Origin: Takakia lepidozioides
Taxonomy: Eukaryota > Plantae > Bryophyta
DNA length: 64,000 nucleotides
Assembly (NCBI GenBank): GCA_030704615.1
Contig: CM060733.1
Location: forward strand, 5,890,001 to 5,954,000
Direction: 5' to 3'
The position numbers and the translations under genes were made by a program. Under the pieces are notes generated by a model. It was not told the origin of the DNA, searched no databases, and saw only the letters and a program-made list of their open reading frames with translations. This document shows, piece after piece, positions 25,122 to 39,300 of the stretch; positions within the stretch are counted from its first letter, which is position 1; each line of letters starts with the position of its first letter.

Positions 25122-28100
25122 TCTTGGGCCTAAGTCAGCGCCACGGAGGATGAAATTGCTTTGGCCGCTTGACCACCTTGACTTTTCTAGGTCTAGTCCA
25201 TAATGCTGGCTATTCACAGAGTGGATGGCTAAACTGCAGATATGCGACTTTTCGTGTCGTGAAATGGGGTGGCTATTGCCCCGGCCCCAGGCCGGTAAGT
25301 GGTCGCCGTGAAATGTGGCTTTGTCTTGTCGCCGGCCACTTTCTGCATTGGGCCCGGCGACTGCCTGCTTTCTATACGAGGATGCCAAAAAGCAGATAAA
25401 TAATAATAAATAGCAATCGATAAATATCTTTTGAAAATTCTGACAACATGGATGAACAATTATGTGAGTTATCCAAATGGCACGTGAATTGGAAAGCGCG
25501 CAGAATTGTGGGGCCGGCGGATGGATGGATTAGAGGGATAAGTTATCTACAGCTTTTTGGGCGGGGTGAAAGTTGCGACCCGCTACTAGCTCGATGATGC
25601 CGACATTCATCCACCTCAAGGCCCTTACTGTTGGCTGGCGACTCCAGATACTTTATAACGTGAGTACATAATTTGTTATAAATATTTTAATTTATCTGGA
25701 TACTTATTTAATGCCACTCTACGAGCCCATGTAGTCCTGACACAGAGCTGAGTGTGCAGACAGGAATATATAATTAAGACAACTAGTATAGGTATATTTT
25801 ATCACTCTACTAATTAAAAACACCCTGGCTCCCCCACCTATCACCGCGCACGACCAATACACCGTCCGATCTTTCCAGTAAATTACTAGTGGCCGTCCGA
25901 TAGGGTCCTGTAACCGAGGGTACGAGACAATATCAGGGCCACGCGTCCGGTCGCACCGTTGGATCAGGGGATCGGAGGGGCAGCAGCGGCGTGCCGAGGT
26001 GGCAGGGCGGTGAGGTGGGGGCTGACGGGTGGCGCTTTTTGACCCGCCATCAGTGGAGGCATCTAAATATCCCTGGTCTCCGCTAATGGGAGGCCTCTGT
26101 TGGCCCCCCTAGCTTTCAGGCTAGGGCCCACGGATGATTAGTGCCCTGCTATAGGGCCCCTGTGGGGATTCAAACCGCCACCCGTCTCCTCTTTCTGCAT
26201 TTACTTACTTGGCACTTGTGCTGCTCTCACTTTATACTTACACACTCTGCTCTATGCGAGACATGGTCTCCAAGAATTTCCCATGAGGCGGGTGGGGTTT
26301 GTGAGTGTGCAACAAGATTAGTGAGCGCTTTGGATGCCCGCACACTTTGTAGCACATTACCCGACGAGGAGAAGAGTATCCTTCTCGATTGATGGAAGTA
26401 TTCTGTTTGATGTGACAGAGTGGAGAGAGACTCGAGAGAGATAAGTAGGTAGGCCTCGTAATCTTTTCTTTTCTCTCTTTTTCCCTTCTTTTTGCTCTGG
26501 GGCGTACTATGTTTCCACATCATCGGTTGACAAAGAGCGGTGGATGAATTTGGATCATCCTAATCTTCCTGATACACGCAGCAGCTTGACCTTCGACGCA
26601 GTTTGGCATATGATGAGGTAGATTAATATGAGGCTTGCGTTTTCTTTCTATGACGGTGATGATGACATGCTTGCCTCTTTACTAACCTTTGTACCCAGCC
26701 TAATGACTCCACCTTTCTCCATGGGAAGTTGGTTACCAAGCAAATGCTCCAGACATATCTGCCGCAAAGCAAAAACAAAACAAAGAAAAACAAGAGAGAG
26801 AACAGGACATGCGAGAGGAAGTAAAATGGAGAGAGCGGGCATCGGGAATAGAAGGTGCATCTCAAAGCTTTGAAGGTATAAGCGAGGCACAGAGTACGTG
26901 CGAGTAGGGCCCACAAGGCCCAGAAAACATGGGTGCTCTCTGGGCCACAAGTGAGGCGGCCTGACTCAAGCCACAAGTGAGGCCTGCAGGCCCTTTTGCT
27001 GGTTTGAATACTACGAGCCCATCGGCCTCCTCGCTTTTGAGTGTGTAGAATATTCATTGTTCCTCGCTCCCATGCTGCTCTGCAATTGGCGTGCATCCAC
27101 AAAGCCCTGCGCACCATTGACGGTAGCATTTCTTATTCCATGTTTGCAGAGATCGGGCTGGGCCATGACTCATGAGTGAGCCGGGCTTTTCTGAAAACCA
27201 GATAAAGTCGAGATAGGCTCTAGCCGACCAGCAACATGAAAGATCATTACGAGCTGGTCCCCTCCGCACTTGTGAGCCGTATATATGGCCGTAAGCTGCT
27301 ACCTCGGCGCTCCTGCATTGTCATCCCGAGTCTGAGACTTCGAGAGGTAGCCATGCGCACCACGAGCTCACATTGCAAGACTGAGAACTGCCGTAGACCC
27401 AAATCCACATCTTGATGGAAAACCCCTGTTAATTGGCTTGTGGAGGGTGCCAAGAGTGACAGCTCAAATGTGCTATAAAATTTTGAAGTGCAGAAGACTT
27501 ATTTCTGCTTCCCATTCGCAATGGTGCCTTTGAGAGTGGAAATGTGACTATTGGAGGAGGTCAATTCTTCAGCATCGCATATCCTTCACTCATATGAGAC
27601 AAACTTTGCAACAACTGTTTGTCCAAGAAGCCTGCTGACAGTGTCTTTTCACGGAGTTTCGTTTTGCAACTAACTCTGCAGTCCAGGACGACAAAACAAA
27701 TATGACAACAACAATTTCTTGTATTAAGGAGCTCTTTGTGGAAGGCAAGTGAAGTGGGTGGTTGAGCACAACTTGTATGTGACTCCTCTTTTGTGGCTGG
27801 CCTGACTGTTGCACCAAACTCTGTTCCAATTGAGGGGGCGGCCTTTGATTGTGAGCAAAATTGTGGGAACAAATTCTGTCCCTAAGAAGTGGGCTTTCTG
27901 CTGCTACAACAAAATTGAAGGAACCGACTGATTCCGTTCCTACAAAACTCAAACAAAATTGTGGAACCAATTCTGTTCCTATGCAGACACACTAAGGCCA
28001 TCAGCATTGGCTTCGAAGTGTGCTAGCTCGGCCTCACTTCAAGTGCTGTGTAGTGCACAAAACAAAAAAACATAAATGCCAACAAAAGAGAGAACATGCT

Positions 28101-28816
28101 GGCAAGTATGGTGTACATATAGCACCTGCAGTACAAAACGCAACTGCCTCTTCACAGGGCTCAGGCTCCCTTGAAGGTGCCAGGAATGGAGACATGTGCT
28201 GACTCCTGCAGAGTCTTGCCCTGCTTTTGGCCCAAAGCGCATGTTTTGAGTGGCTGTGTAGAACCTGTAAAACAAGACCAGTTTTGTCCTTTGTTATCCA
28301 AGCAACAACCATGTTCGCATGAAAAACCATCAACATATCTGCCAGAGACAGCGGGGGATTAGATGGACACAAGACCAGAATATTTTGAACCTTAGGTGTA
28401 ATGCACAGAACAACAACAAAGCTTCAGAAGACATCTGGTCCTCAATAGAGCGACACATGTTGTACTGGTGCTTACCTTGCAACAGGTTCCTTTGGAGCTA
28501 ACCCCTGCTTGATCTTGGATCGCAGAGATCTGGCATCCAAATTCGCAGCTAGAATGATGATGAAGCTTCAGCAAACTCTGTAGCTTGAAGTCATTCCATC
28601 ACGAAAGCTGCAATGAAGGCCACATTTGTGACTTATCTACTTACCATAACTGACTTACTCTGGGGCAACTCACTGCCCAAGCACCTCTGCAAATTGCTGT
28701 GGCAATCCTCCCCTGCTGGTTGCAATTTGGAGAGGTCCCAGTGGCCATTGTACGCAGAGTGCATCCATTATGTCTGCAATGAACGAGGTCTAATCAGACG
28801 TAATACAGATCCAGTG

Positions 28817-30268
28817 TCAGGAGGTTGAAGGTGGAACTGTGTTGATGCCCTGCCTGTAAAGCTCAGCCATGACCCCCTCCATGGAAGGTGGTTTGAGCCC
28901 TAAGGGTGGGGGAGTCCAGGGATTTGCAAGAGCTTCACTGATGGCAGCATCCAAAATTTCTTTAGGAGGATGAAAATCTGAGGGTTTGCTGGAGGCTGCA
29001 GCTCCAGCAGCCACTCCAATATCAGAATCATCCGAGTTTGTGTGATACAAGGGTAATGGCATAGACTCATCTGCCAGAAAGCTGTCACCGGATGCGCTTG
29101 GTGCAACCATCTGCGAGCCAACAGGCATAGTTGCCAGAGGTACCCTCATCAGAGGGTATGGGTAACATGGCGTGACTGGTGCAGCTGAAGGGTGACACCA
29201 AGTATCAAGGCATGCAGCCGGATGCTGCCAGTAAGAGCCATCAGGTGCCTGCCAGACTGCAAGTCCGCTCATGGCCGGCTGTTGCCACATATGCATTGAC
29301 GAGTGATCCACAGTGGGATGGCCCCAGACAACCAAAGGTGGACTGACTTGATGCCCATGCGAGGAAAGATGCGGTTGCATGGGTGCGAGTCCCAGTGGAG
29401 GCCGAGGCTGTATTGGCGGGGAGTTACTGTGTAGAGGAGTGAGCCAAGAACTTCCATCGCGCCTGGTTCTGGGCCATGGACCTGGAGTCAATGGCCTGCG
29501 ATGATGCCACGCAGAAGCCTCTGCCTCTCGAGCCAGCAAATGTCGTCTATGCGAACGGTACTTCTGCAAATGACTAGCAATGTTGTGACGGGTTAAGCAT
29601 TGCACACCCATGAGCTCCAAAATCCGAGATGGAATAGCTTTTTCCACTCCCAGTTGCTCAACAGCCTGCACAAAACGACGGTGAAGCTCAGGAGTCCAAT
29701 CCACCTTTACCTTCCTCCTTCCCGAGGTGGAATTTTTGCACCCTTTACCAGATTGATCGGAGCTAATCTGCTCCTCTTTCTTATCCACACTGGAGCAATC
29801 CCCACTGTCGACGCTTGGAGACTGCAGAGAACTTACTCCTGTTTCTCTATCGATCCCTCCTTGCCCGGCCATTGCAACTTCAGCCAGTAGCAAAGCTTCT
29901 TCTTCCCCAATCTCCGTGTCGTCACGAACTTCCCCAGAATCTAGAGACTCCACATTCGTGTCCAAGGATGTGCCAGGAAGATTTACAACTCCGCAAGGGT
30001 CCACGTCAATGCCCAACTCTCCGTCTCCCTCGACAGCAATGCCATTACCTATGCGAAAATCCTCTAAGCTACCGTCAAACTCTATCTTGATGCAGGGAGG
30101 GCCGGCAAATTTGAGGTCCAAATCTACCTCCTCCTTCACAATGTTATCGACAAATGGTGTTAACTTCATGGTGCCTAAACACTCTACTAGTTCGCCCTTA
30201 TCATCCTCGATCTTCGCTTGCACAAGGCCATTGACTTGCGATAATCCTGCGGCTTCGCTTGTAGACAT
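28817..30268 (-). CDS. GLK: GOLDEN2-like (GLK) GARP transcription factor, intronless CDS, 483 aa
   Basis: [66 protein letters not shown] (GARP domain plus AREAEA motif), VWGHP, and a C-terminal GCT box ([43 protein letters not shown]). Confidence 0.96.
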   Translation of the reverse strand: MSTSEAAGLSQVNGLVQAKIEDDKGELVECLGTMKLTPFVDNIVKEEVDLDLKFAGPPCIKIEFDGSLEDFRIGNGIAVEGDGELGIDVDPCGVVNLPGTSLDTNVESLDSGEVRDDTEIGEEEALLLAEVAMAGQGGIDRETGVSSLQSPSVDSGDCSSVDKKEEQISSDQSGKGCKNSTSGRRKVKVDWTPELHRRFVQAVEQLGVEKAIPSRILELMGVQCLTRHNIASHLQKYRSHRRHLLAREAEASAWHHRRPLTPGPWPRTRRDGSSWLTPLHSNSPPIQPRPPLGLAPMQPHLSSHGHQVSPPLVVWGHPTVDHSSMHMWQQPAMSGLAVWQAPDGSYWQHPAACLDTWCHPSAAPVTPCYPYPLMRVPLATMPVGSQMVAPSASGDSFLADESMPLPLYHTNSDDSDIGVAAGAAASSKPSDFHPPKEILDAAISEALANPWTPPPLGLKPPSMEGVMAELYRQGINTVPPSTS

Positions 30269-32249
30269 TCTTATCGGTCACAGGGCCAGCTGCTCAATCC
30301 TAAGCATCCTATGTCTATTCTTCTACATATCCTCGGTTTTCACTACCAAACAACCGATCACTGGTGCAAATCCTCCATCCTAGAGCGTCACCCCTGAACA
30401 ACATCTTCCGCAGTTGTAAAGAGCCCAGCTGCATGCAAAAAATCCGTGTCACCTCTTGCTACACAATCCCCTCCACGTCTTCCATATTTTCCAGCCTCTT
30501 GTACACCCACTGCTGCTACAGCTGAAGCAATGACATGCAAGAACTCTCCCTCTCAATGGAAGAGCTCTTTCCTAGACAATCTATGACATAATCTCTGCTT
30601 GTGATGCCAACTACTCACTCACTCACTCACTCATGCACATCCCACAACAGCCTCTTCAAAACAACATCCACATCCGTGCAGATACTCTCGCAAGACTTCA
30701 CCTTCCTCAATGCCAGAACTGTTCTCCAAGCATAGGACAACAATCTACTCTGCACTCCCCCACAATCTCCCACTGTACACCTATATACAAAACCTCGCCA
30801 CTCTCTCCACCAACACAAGCTGGAGCACAAGCCCCCTGCCTGCCTGCAAATCTCCTCCACCGCAATGCAAGAGCTTTGCAACCATCTCTAGCTCTGCTTC
30901 AATGATCATCCCCTTTCGGCTATGGCGAGAAACCTCAGGGATTCCTACAACCCGAGGATATGCTCCGCACTCGAATTCATCCCCCCATCATCCACCTCCC
31001 GGCCCCACTCCTCCCCCTTTACGCTGTGTCCGTCCCTTTCATCCATTCCCCACACCCCGATACAGGCCCACCTACGTTCATCCAAGGAGCCTTTAAGTAG
31101 GAGCCTTTAAGTCGGCACCTTCTTCCTCGCTCCCAAATTAGCTTGCCATCAACCATCACCTCAAACTACTTTGTGTTCATCCATCCTCTGTTCATCCGAA
31201 GATCTATGATTGGATTTCATTTCCCAGTTGCTTAAATTAGAACTCGCACTTGCCACTAAACTGTGAAACTGCCTCGCACCGCCTATCGCAGCGCGGCCTC
31301 CCATTGGCTCTACCCTATCCTCGCACCCATAACTTATTATTTTTACTATTATTATTCGTCTTATTGTTATTATTATTATCTATCGCCTACGACGTCAGGG
31401 ATATGAGCTCTGACTGCTCCCTGCTGACTCAGGTGGGTTGCCTATAAATAACCTAACCACCGGACCAGACGGTACTACCATCCTTAACGGAATCCCATCC
31501 CAGCTCCACTCCACGGCCAGGATGCTGCCTCACGTCCATCCCACGCCCCACATTCAAACTCGTCGGCGCTTCATTGCGCCAGCGCACTCTCTGCACTAGC
31601 CGGTCACGGCCTGGGGCTACCGGCAGTGGCCAGTCTTGGCCCCGTCGTTTCCACCAAAAAAGTCACCGTCGATGAGAACATTCAACGGCCGCCATCCGTC
31701 ACATCACCCTTCGCTAATGAGGATGGATGAATGTGTATTATTTCAACCTTCCATATGATCCATCATCCCATTAGCTGGGAGCGAAAATGCGACGGAGGTT
31801 TTACTTTCCCGCGTTCCCCATGTTCACTATGTTCCCAGCGCTTACAGGAATATAAATTTGGTGCTGGAGGGCGGCTTGGCAACGCAATAGCCACATGATT
31901 AATCATAAAAAAAAGTGCGAAGAATTTGCATCCTTGAATGCAACCATATTCGTGTCAGTAAGCTTAGTAGGCTGCAGCATCTTGGTAAAACTGCTACTTA
32001 CTAGTTACCAGCAGACCAGACTTTATTATGAGAGCCCTTCTTGAATGCACTGAAGTGGAGGTCTTGTTGCTGCGGTATGTGGTTGTTTGGGTGGTTATTT
32101 TTGGAGCTGATTAAAAATGGGTCATAAACATGTTAAATGTGGCATTGACATCAGCTGGGAGTTAATGTGGGGAATGTCACTTTAAGGAAGGTTCTAGACG
32201 CAGAGTCGTCACGAAAAGTGCACTGGAATGATAATTTTTTTATTAATAT

Positions 32250-32450
32250 TTTTACGTTTTTTATTTGTTTTTATAACAGAGGAGCTACAGCTCACAATTC
32301 ACGCCCGTTACAGTGTAGGGGGACCCCGCTCACATAAGCCAGTAGATGCCATCCCCAGAGCAACCGACCATAGGAAAGCATAGCCAGATACCACAATGTG
32401 GTGGAAGGATTTGAGCCCCAGACCACCGGGGTGAGACCAAGTGTAATAGT
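32250..32450 (-). mobile_element. SINE related to family B in the GLK/VOC intergenic region
   Basis: Minus strand: B-box-like GGGCTCAAATCC, body GTCCCCCTACACTG..TTGTGAGC..GCTCC similar to the 23388 copy, A-rich tail. Confidence 0.55.
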
Positions 32451-33131
32451 TCTAGTAGAGAATGCCTAATTTCGATTTATTGTAATTTTTAAGAAAGTTA
32501 ATTTATTTATTTATTAATCAAAAAGGAAGTCGAAAACAGGCTCAACCGGTCAGGTTCAATGAACCGGATCATAGTGCCACGTGGATGTTTCGGTAACCAA
32601 TCGTCATCTGGTGACTAGTCGGAATACTGGCGGTACACGGTTGTCAAGGCTATCCCTCCATACGGGCCTGCCACCTGCCCATTGCGCCACCGTGGCCTTC
32701 ACCTTCAAGAGCTTGCAGCTGTATGGACGCGAGCGTGCTCTAACCGCTGAGCCACTAGAGAAGAGGCACAAACAAAAAAAATTTGGCTGCGCGGACGATC
32801 GACTGTGGTGTGCGGGAGCAACGACGGTCGGGAGTTGTAGAGATTGTTTACTCGGACGATCCTTTTAAACTGCGAGGGCATATTTGGAGCGAGCAACAGG
32901 TGCGAGTGTTGGCTCTCTTGCTTCAAAGTTCTACAGGTTTGTGTCCAGTTTCTAGAGTTCTGTAACATTTCCTCCGGGGCAGCCTGGACATTTGAAGCTG
33001 TTCTATTTTTGGTGAAATCTCTTTTGTAATCTCGCTAGTCCGTACGGTGTTTCTGGAGGTTGATGAGTTTAGACTCTGACATTTGGTTAACAGACTGACA
33101 GTTGTTGAAGAGGATCGAGGCAAGGTCAGCC

Positions 33132-35453
33132 ATGCCGCCTTTCGCTGGCGTGCATCTGCATCACGTGGCTCGTGAGACTTCCGACGTGAAGCGAGCCGCA
33201 GAGTTTTACGAACAGGTCGAGTTCTTCTCCTCCACGTATACATTAGCATCCTTGATCTTTAACTCCTCTCGATGTTTGAATGTGCTATCATTTTTTTAAG
33301 TAATTGACACTCGTACCGTGTCTTTATCATCTACACCCTAGAATTCGACGAAGCGATTGGAATCGCTGAGAGAGATACATGATGCTCCTATGGCGTGTTT
33401 AAAAGTCATTGCATGCAAGCAGTTCCTTTCATGCGTCAGCTCTGTGTCACATTGTACATAGTTGTTTTGTGTGACTGCGGCTCGTAGCATTCTGCACATA
33501 TAGCCAGATTTCAAAAATGCAATCGGAATTCCTGATTCATCACGATCCTAGGTCTGTGTGTGCAACACAAAAGCATGAATCTTTATCCTTCGTCGCGAAA
33601 GCTATGGACAGAGCTGGAAGATACGCAGATGCACTGGTCACTCTTGCGGTTCTTCATTACAAGTCTTTGTAGTGGTCTAAATGTTGGAACTTCACTGTGC
33701 TGTGTCATACAAAGCTTGACCTTCTCCATGTATTGGAGGAAGACTGCCTACCATAATGGTCTATGATGGTGTACTAGTAAATGCTATCCCTGTTTAACAA
33801 TGTATTAACCAAAAGCTTTTCTTATAGGTGTTGGTTGTCACTTTACTATCTAGCAGAGGAGGTCAGTAACTAAACGAAAGGCTTTGATAGGAATTGTGCA
33901 TAAACTGATGTGGTTTTTCACCTTCACTTTTTATGTGACCTGTTTTTCAGGTGTTAGGATTCAAGAGATTGGAGCTACCTCAAAAATTTGGTCCTTTTGA
34001 AGTTGTGTGGCTGTCCTTACCTCCATCTTATGCATTACATTTGATTGAGCGGGATCCTCAGTCCCGCTTGCCAGAAAGCCCTTTTGTTGTGCCAGATGAT
34101 GCCAGGTACTTAATCTCACCTGAAGTTGCCATCAGACCTTCAACAATCAGTTATCTAGGATTTAAAATGCTCTGGATATATTTTGCTGTCACAATATGCT
34201 GCATGCCCGTAACCTGTATTGTGGAGGCACATAGCTCCCTTGAGTCCTACCTGATTACGCACACCCTGGAATTCTGTAGGCTTTGAGGAAATTGTATAGC
34301 CATTTCTTTGTGTATGCATTGACCTGGTCATGAAATGTGGTGGAGGTAACAGGACAGATCCAAGTGCCTTATGGCGGGGACATCATCTGTCCTTCCGGGT
34401 CTCTAACTACGACGCCTCAATTGAGCTTTTGAAAGTACGCGACACTTCCTGCTCTGGTCAAGACAAATAGGTGGTCTCACCTTTTCTGTTTTTCTCATTT
34501 CTCTCTTCTCACAGAACTCCTGCACTCTTAGATGAATGAAACTCTTTGGAGATGTTGCAGGGTGTGTCTTTGGCGAGCATCTTTCTGTGTTTGGAGATAT
34601 TTCACAAGTTTCAGGGTCTGTTCCATAGTTGCATAGAGCTTGATCTCTATGAGGTTTGAAAAACTTTTTTGATATACTGATGTCCGGTGTGACTTGCTAT
34701 TGTTATGAGAAGGAGAGGAATATCCAGTATTTTGAAAAGACACAGCAAGAGGGCAAGGTGAAGCAGGCATTTTTCTTCGATCCTGATGGTATGTTACACC
34801 ACCACCTCTTGCAATAATTCGCATACAGAAGGTACAGTAAAACTCATAATGATTCTGATGTAACCTACTCCGCAAAGCATAAAAAACTGTAATCCTATGG
34901 GAGGAATCGCTGAAAATTATCTACTAGTGACAAGAATGTGGTGATCATTGTCAAACTCCCATTTTTGTTAGAACTAGAAGTTGTGCAAGTATGTCACATT
35001 TTGACCATTTCTATGGGTCTCTTTTTTGGCCTCATGGCACCTCCTCAATTTGTGCATGCTACATCAAATTAGCATGAAATGTGCTTGCACCGGTTGAATA
35101 TTCATGAGAATTGTGATGGATTGTGTTTATCCCATTGAGTCTAACACAAGGTCCCTACATAATAAACTTGAAGCAGAACCTTCCTTATATCAGGCTACTA
35201 TCCCTTGCTGAGACCGATCCGAAATCCTTACAGATGGATAGGTGGCTACCAATGAGAAGATCAGTATCTGACGTTCTCGTGTATTTGACATCATCTTCAC
35301 AGGTTCTCTGTCGAACTTAGGGGTAAATGCTATAACTGCATGTCCACCTGCGTGGTGAAAAATAATCTTGGGGTAACCACTTACTGGGTTATTTGCACTT
35401 ATTGGATTGCAGGAAATGGTTTGGAGATAGGCAACTGGCCTATTTCATCTTAG
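33132..35453 (+). CDS. VOC / glyoxalase I-like (lactoylglutathione lyase family) protein, 5 exons
   Basis: LHHVARETSDVKRAAEFYEQVLGF..LHLIERDP..RGHHLSFRVSNYD..KVKQAFFFDPDGNGLEIG. Exons 33132-33215, 33951-34105, 34353-34434, 34713-34788, 35413-35453, all GT-AG and in frame. Confidence 0.92.
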
Positions 35454-36001
35454 AAGCCACCTGCATTGCAGTAATACTGAGACAAACTGCTGTGGAAATA
35501 TCGCATCAATTTGCTCAACACCTGCAAAATGCCCATTTTAGCTTTCTTGTACCCCTCAGTACACATGAGGTAAACTGTTGGTAATGGATTGTAGTTTGTT
35601 GTTACCATGTGAAAGCCCCAGTTGCTTCATGAATAGCTAGGGTTTTAGGTAGTAAAGTCTGTCAATCCAAAATTGTACTTTCTCTCTGGACCATAACCTG
35701 GAAGATGGAAATTTTGGTGTGGGCATTGTGGAATGTGTACTACAACTGGGCAAAACTGAGATATGTGAGCACCAAGGAAGTTGGCATGTAGCGAGCATCT
35801 GCATTTAGCATTGTACGAAGCATCTCTTTCCAAGCGTTGTGCAGCCTTGGCCATTTGATTCAAACCACGAAAGAGTGTTGTTAATAGAAGTAAGGAGTGA
35901 CACTCATGTTTTTACTCATTTGAAAAATCAATAATTATGTTTTTTCAAATGAAACACCGGTGAGCCATGGAGGCATGACAGGCAAGCCCGAAGGCAGAGA
36001 C

Positions 36002-37473
36002 ACTTTATTTTTTTATATTTTTTTTATATTTTTTTTAAAGGGGACGGGGCCCTGAAAAAACTTTACTTAATAAGGAGTCAAAATTGAGGACAGAAAGGAG
36101 GAAAAAATAACCTCCATTGGGCCGGAAAGGATCAGTGAGGTGGGAGGGAGAAACAGCTGGAGGAGGGACGAGTGCAAGTCTAATGATGCTAGGGCCCTAT
36201 AAAGAAGGGATGGAGAGAGATCCAGCAAAACACTGGTGCGAGGGAGCTGCCATAACATAGCAGCAAAACACATAAAGATGAGCCGAAATGCAAAATCGTT
36301 TTAATCCCAGCTGAGGGAGGAGAGAGTCCTGAGGCTGCTCCACTGGCAGCAGCAAAATGGGCTTTCCCATAAGAGCTAAAGATAGACTGGTAACAAACTG
36401 CTAACAGCCTAAGGTTGGTACGGGATCAGAGTCCGAAAGTGAGCTGAATGAATAATAGGTCCAAGTCTGAAAGCAGGCAATGCAGCCCCCGGAATGCCTT
36501 CCCCAATTACCAAATCCAGCTGCGCCTTAGACTTTGGTGGTCCCTGCTTCTGATGGCGCCAATTGACGTCTGGTGCTTCGGAGTCAGCAGGCGATTTTCC
36601 AGGGCCTGGGGATGTCGTCATGCCAAACAATTCTGGATTCTGAGAGCCTGGAGCAGATGAGATTGCCCTTTGCCCAGGTGAGGTCCAACTCCGCGAACAA
36701 ACGTTGGCGCTTCCTTTCACTGCACCTGCTAGAAGCTGAAATCGAAGTCACCCAAGCCTTACGCCCCTCAGTCATCAAAGCAGCATACAATCTGGCAAGC
36801 AATCTGTCCAAAGAGCATGGCCTCTGAGGGTAGCCCAGATGGGGCATCTGTCCCATGGAGACCCGTTGTGCAGATTAAGTAACAGCAAAGGGGCAGAGAG
36901 AGGGGGCAGCGCATTCCAATTGGCATAGAGGGCTTCCACGTAACTCCAAATTCTTGAGGAAATGTGACATTGGAGCAGACAGTGCTCCATTGTTTCCCTA
37001 ACTCCACAAGAGCAGATTAAACAAGCAGGTCCCTGTCAGCGAAAAAATCTGCCACAGGTAAAATACGGTTCGCTATTTTCAACAAGAAGGCAGTGACTTT
37101 GGCTGAACGGTGCTTGGCCCAGATGTCTCTCCACACCCTATTCCAGCAGGAGATTGGTAGGTTGAGGGACCACTTGCTATTCCATTTATTTTTGAAATCA
37201 GCTTTCCCCAACAACATCCTGTAGCCTGTCTTGACCTTGTAACCCATGAGGGGGGTTCTTTTCTTGTCTGACCAGCTCCACTCTCCTGGGTCCATCTGTA
37301 ATCTGCTCCATGGAAAGCACGGAACCAGAGAAGGGGGGTCTTTGAGGCCCAACAGATCTCTTCGCCTGGGATAGGAGGTTTTGGGTTTGGGATGCCCGAA
37401 ACTATTTCAAGAACTCTGATTCTGTAAGCCTCATCATGATTTAGCTCCCCTGTCCCAAGCATTTGGACTTTAT
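36002..37473 (-). mobile_element. 5'-truncated L1-type LINE (zf-RVT and 3' region) with poly(A) tail and candidate TSD
   Basis: YRMLLGK..WNRVWRDIWAKHRSAKVTAFLLKIANRILPV..ETVEHCLLQC..IWSYV (zf-RVT). T-rich tail at ~36004-36037. ACTTTAT occurs at both 36002-36008 and 37467-37473. Confidence 0.8.
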
Positions 37474-39079
37474 ATTATCAAGTAAATTATAAATAATGTA
37501 CAAGAAATAAAATATTAAATTGGTGAGAAGTTTGAATAAAGAGTGTATTTATATTTTATATGTATCTTCAACCACAAATCTAAGTGAGCTGCAATTACTA
37601 GTGAAGGCCATCTTGAAAGCAGATACTACCACACCCATCAAAGGAACAATGTGGTGGCATAGTGCACTATTCAACTGAGCTATCACCTATAAAGGTGGTT
37701 AGCCATTCATTCTCCTCTCCCTCCCCAAATTTCTCTTGGATCAACAATCATGTTATGCGTGGGCTACGCATTGCTTGGCTGGAAAAACCCTTTCTCATTC
37801 TTCGTTTCTACTTGGGCTGCTTGCAAACCTTGGTGGCAATTCTTCCCAAATTTGACCACTCTGAAATTAGAGCAAGATTTTCCATCCCATGAGTTCGGGC
37901 TAGAGGTACTACATATATGATGCATGAACACCTTGACATACATAACTTATGTTCTCTTCTACATCTATCCACAATAAAAAAAAATTGAGCAAATTCACTC
38001 TTGAAAATGGAAAAATCTGACAAAACAATGTGGTGGAATTGCATCCCACACAAAATGTGCTCCAAAGCAGAAAGTTGGACCAAGCTTTTTGATATCATCT
38101 AGAATTTCATTTTTGAATGCCCTCTAGACAATCTTGGACACCTACAAGATGTTCTCTCCAAATTTCATATCAAAATACCCAAATTTGCAAAGGGATTTGT
38201 ATGTGCACTTTGGGGGGGGGGCTCTATGAAAGGTCCCTTTAGATCCCTTCACATCCATCAAATTACATATATTTTATGTTGTTTTATTATCTACTTAGAT
38301 TAAGAATCCAAAATTATCACCCTCAGGCTTTAAAACAGTCTGTTTTCTTGTGGAAACTGTACCGTATTGTACTAGTGGACATTGACTTTGTCACCGAGCA
38401 TGTTTGTTTGAAGTGTCAAGCGAATGCTCTAAAGTCCATCGAGCACTGCTTAATTTGAGCTGCACCTGCTTAATTTGTTTCATGGATGTACCCGGAGTTT
38501 TTGTGGTGTCGACTTGTCACAGAGCTCTAGCTCTCTAGCACTTATAGAAAAGTTGTTGTAAGCGTGTCTAACCCACGACGAGATCCACGGCTTGGGCTGC
38601 TTTGCATATGATGTTTGTTTACTTGCTTGTTGAAGGCATAAAATGTGGGATATATGCTTTGCACATATCATATTAGATGTTCTGAAATTAGACGATCTAT
38701 TCATCTTCACGATTTGAACTCTTGTGGGACTGATGCAACATCCTCTACATTTGACATTTGGATTGGCATGCAGTCCGCATCAATCCGATCCTCCAACTTT
38801 CTCAGTTACTAGAGGCTCTCCTAATTTGTGGAATTATCTTGCACAACCTGACGACAAAATAAATTGGAGGCCTAAGTATAATAAAAATAGGAACTCAAAA
38901 TTGAAAAACGCATTTGAAATTTGAGCTTGTCGTGCACCCAAGCATCATGCCATAACCCACATCACTATCTGACCGTACTTTCTATCCTAAAAAGCTATGC
39001 GACAATGATGATGACAGTGAAAACACATTGGCACACTCCACCAAGTGAAAATCCACTTGAGCGCATAAACTAAGTCAAG

Positions 39080-39300
39080 CCAAGGGCACTTTTGCGAAAG
39101 GAATCCACCCTACAAAGCGCTCTATGCACTCTCTCACAAATACCCAGATCCTATGGAGGTGAGAGAGAGTCATAGAGGCTCAACTACAAGAAATGAGCCT
39201 CCTCAATCCCCACAAGGGAAAACCCACCTCACATCCCAAGTGAGGCTTGACACCTCACTTGGGATATGAGACCAAATTAAGTCCCAACACACAAAATACT
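39080..39300. repeat. LTR-like remnant containing a perfect 13-bp inverted repeat
   Basis: ATCCCAAGTGAGG-cttgaca-CCTCACTTGGGAT at 39233-39265. The LTR identity rests only on composition. Confidence 0.35.

Noticed and set aside
26140-27460. LTR with PBS, or a miRNA precursor
   Set aside because: No paired LTR, only a weak TGGCACC PBS candidate, no match to conserved plant miRNAs I could recognise and no clear long hairpin.
29600-30383. + strand ORFs overlapping GLK
   Set aside because: Antisense shadows of the GLK CDS with no independent motifs.
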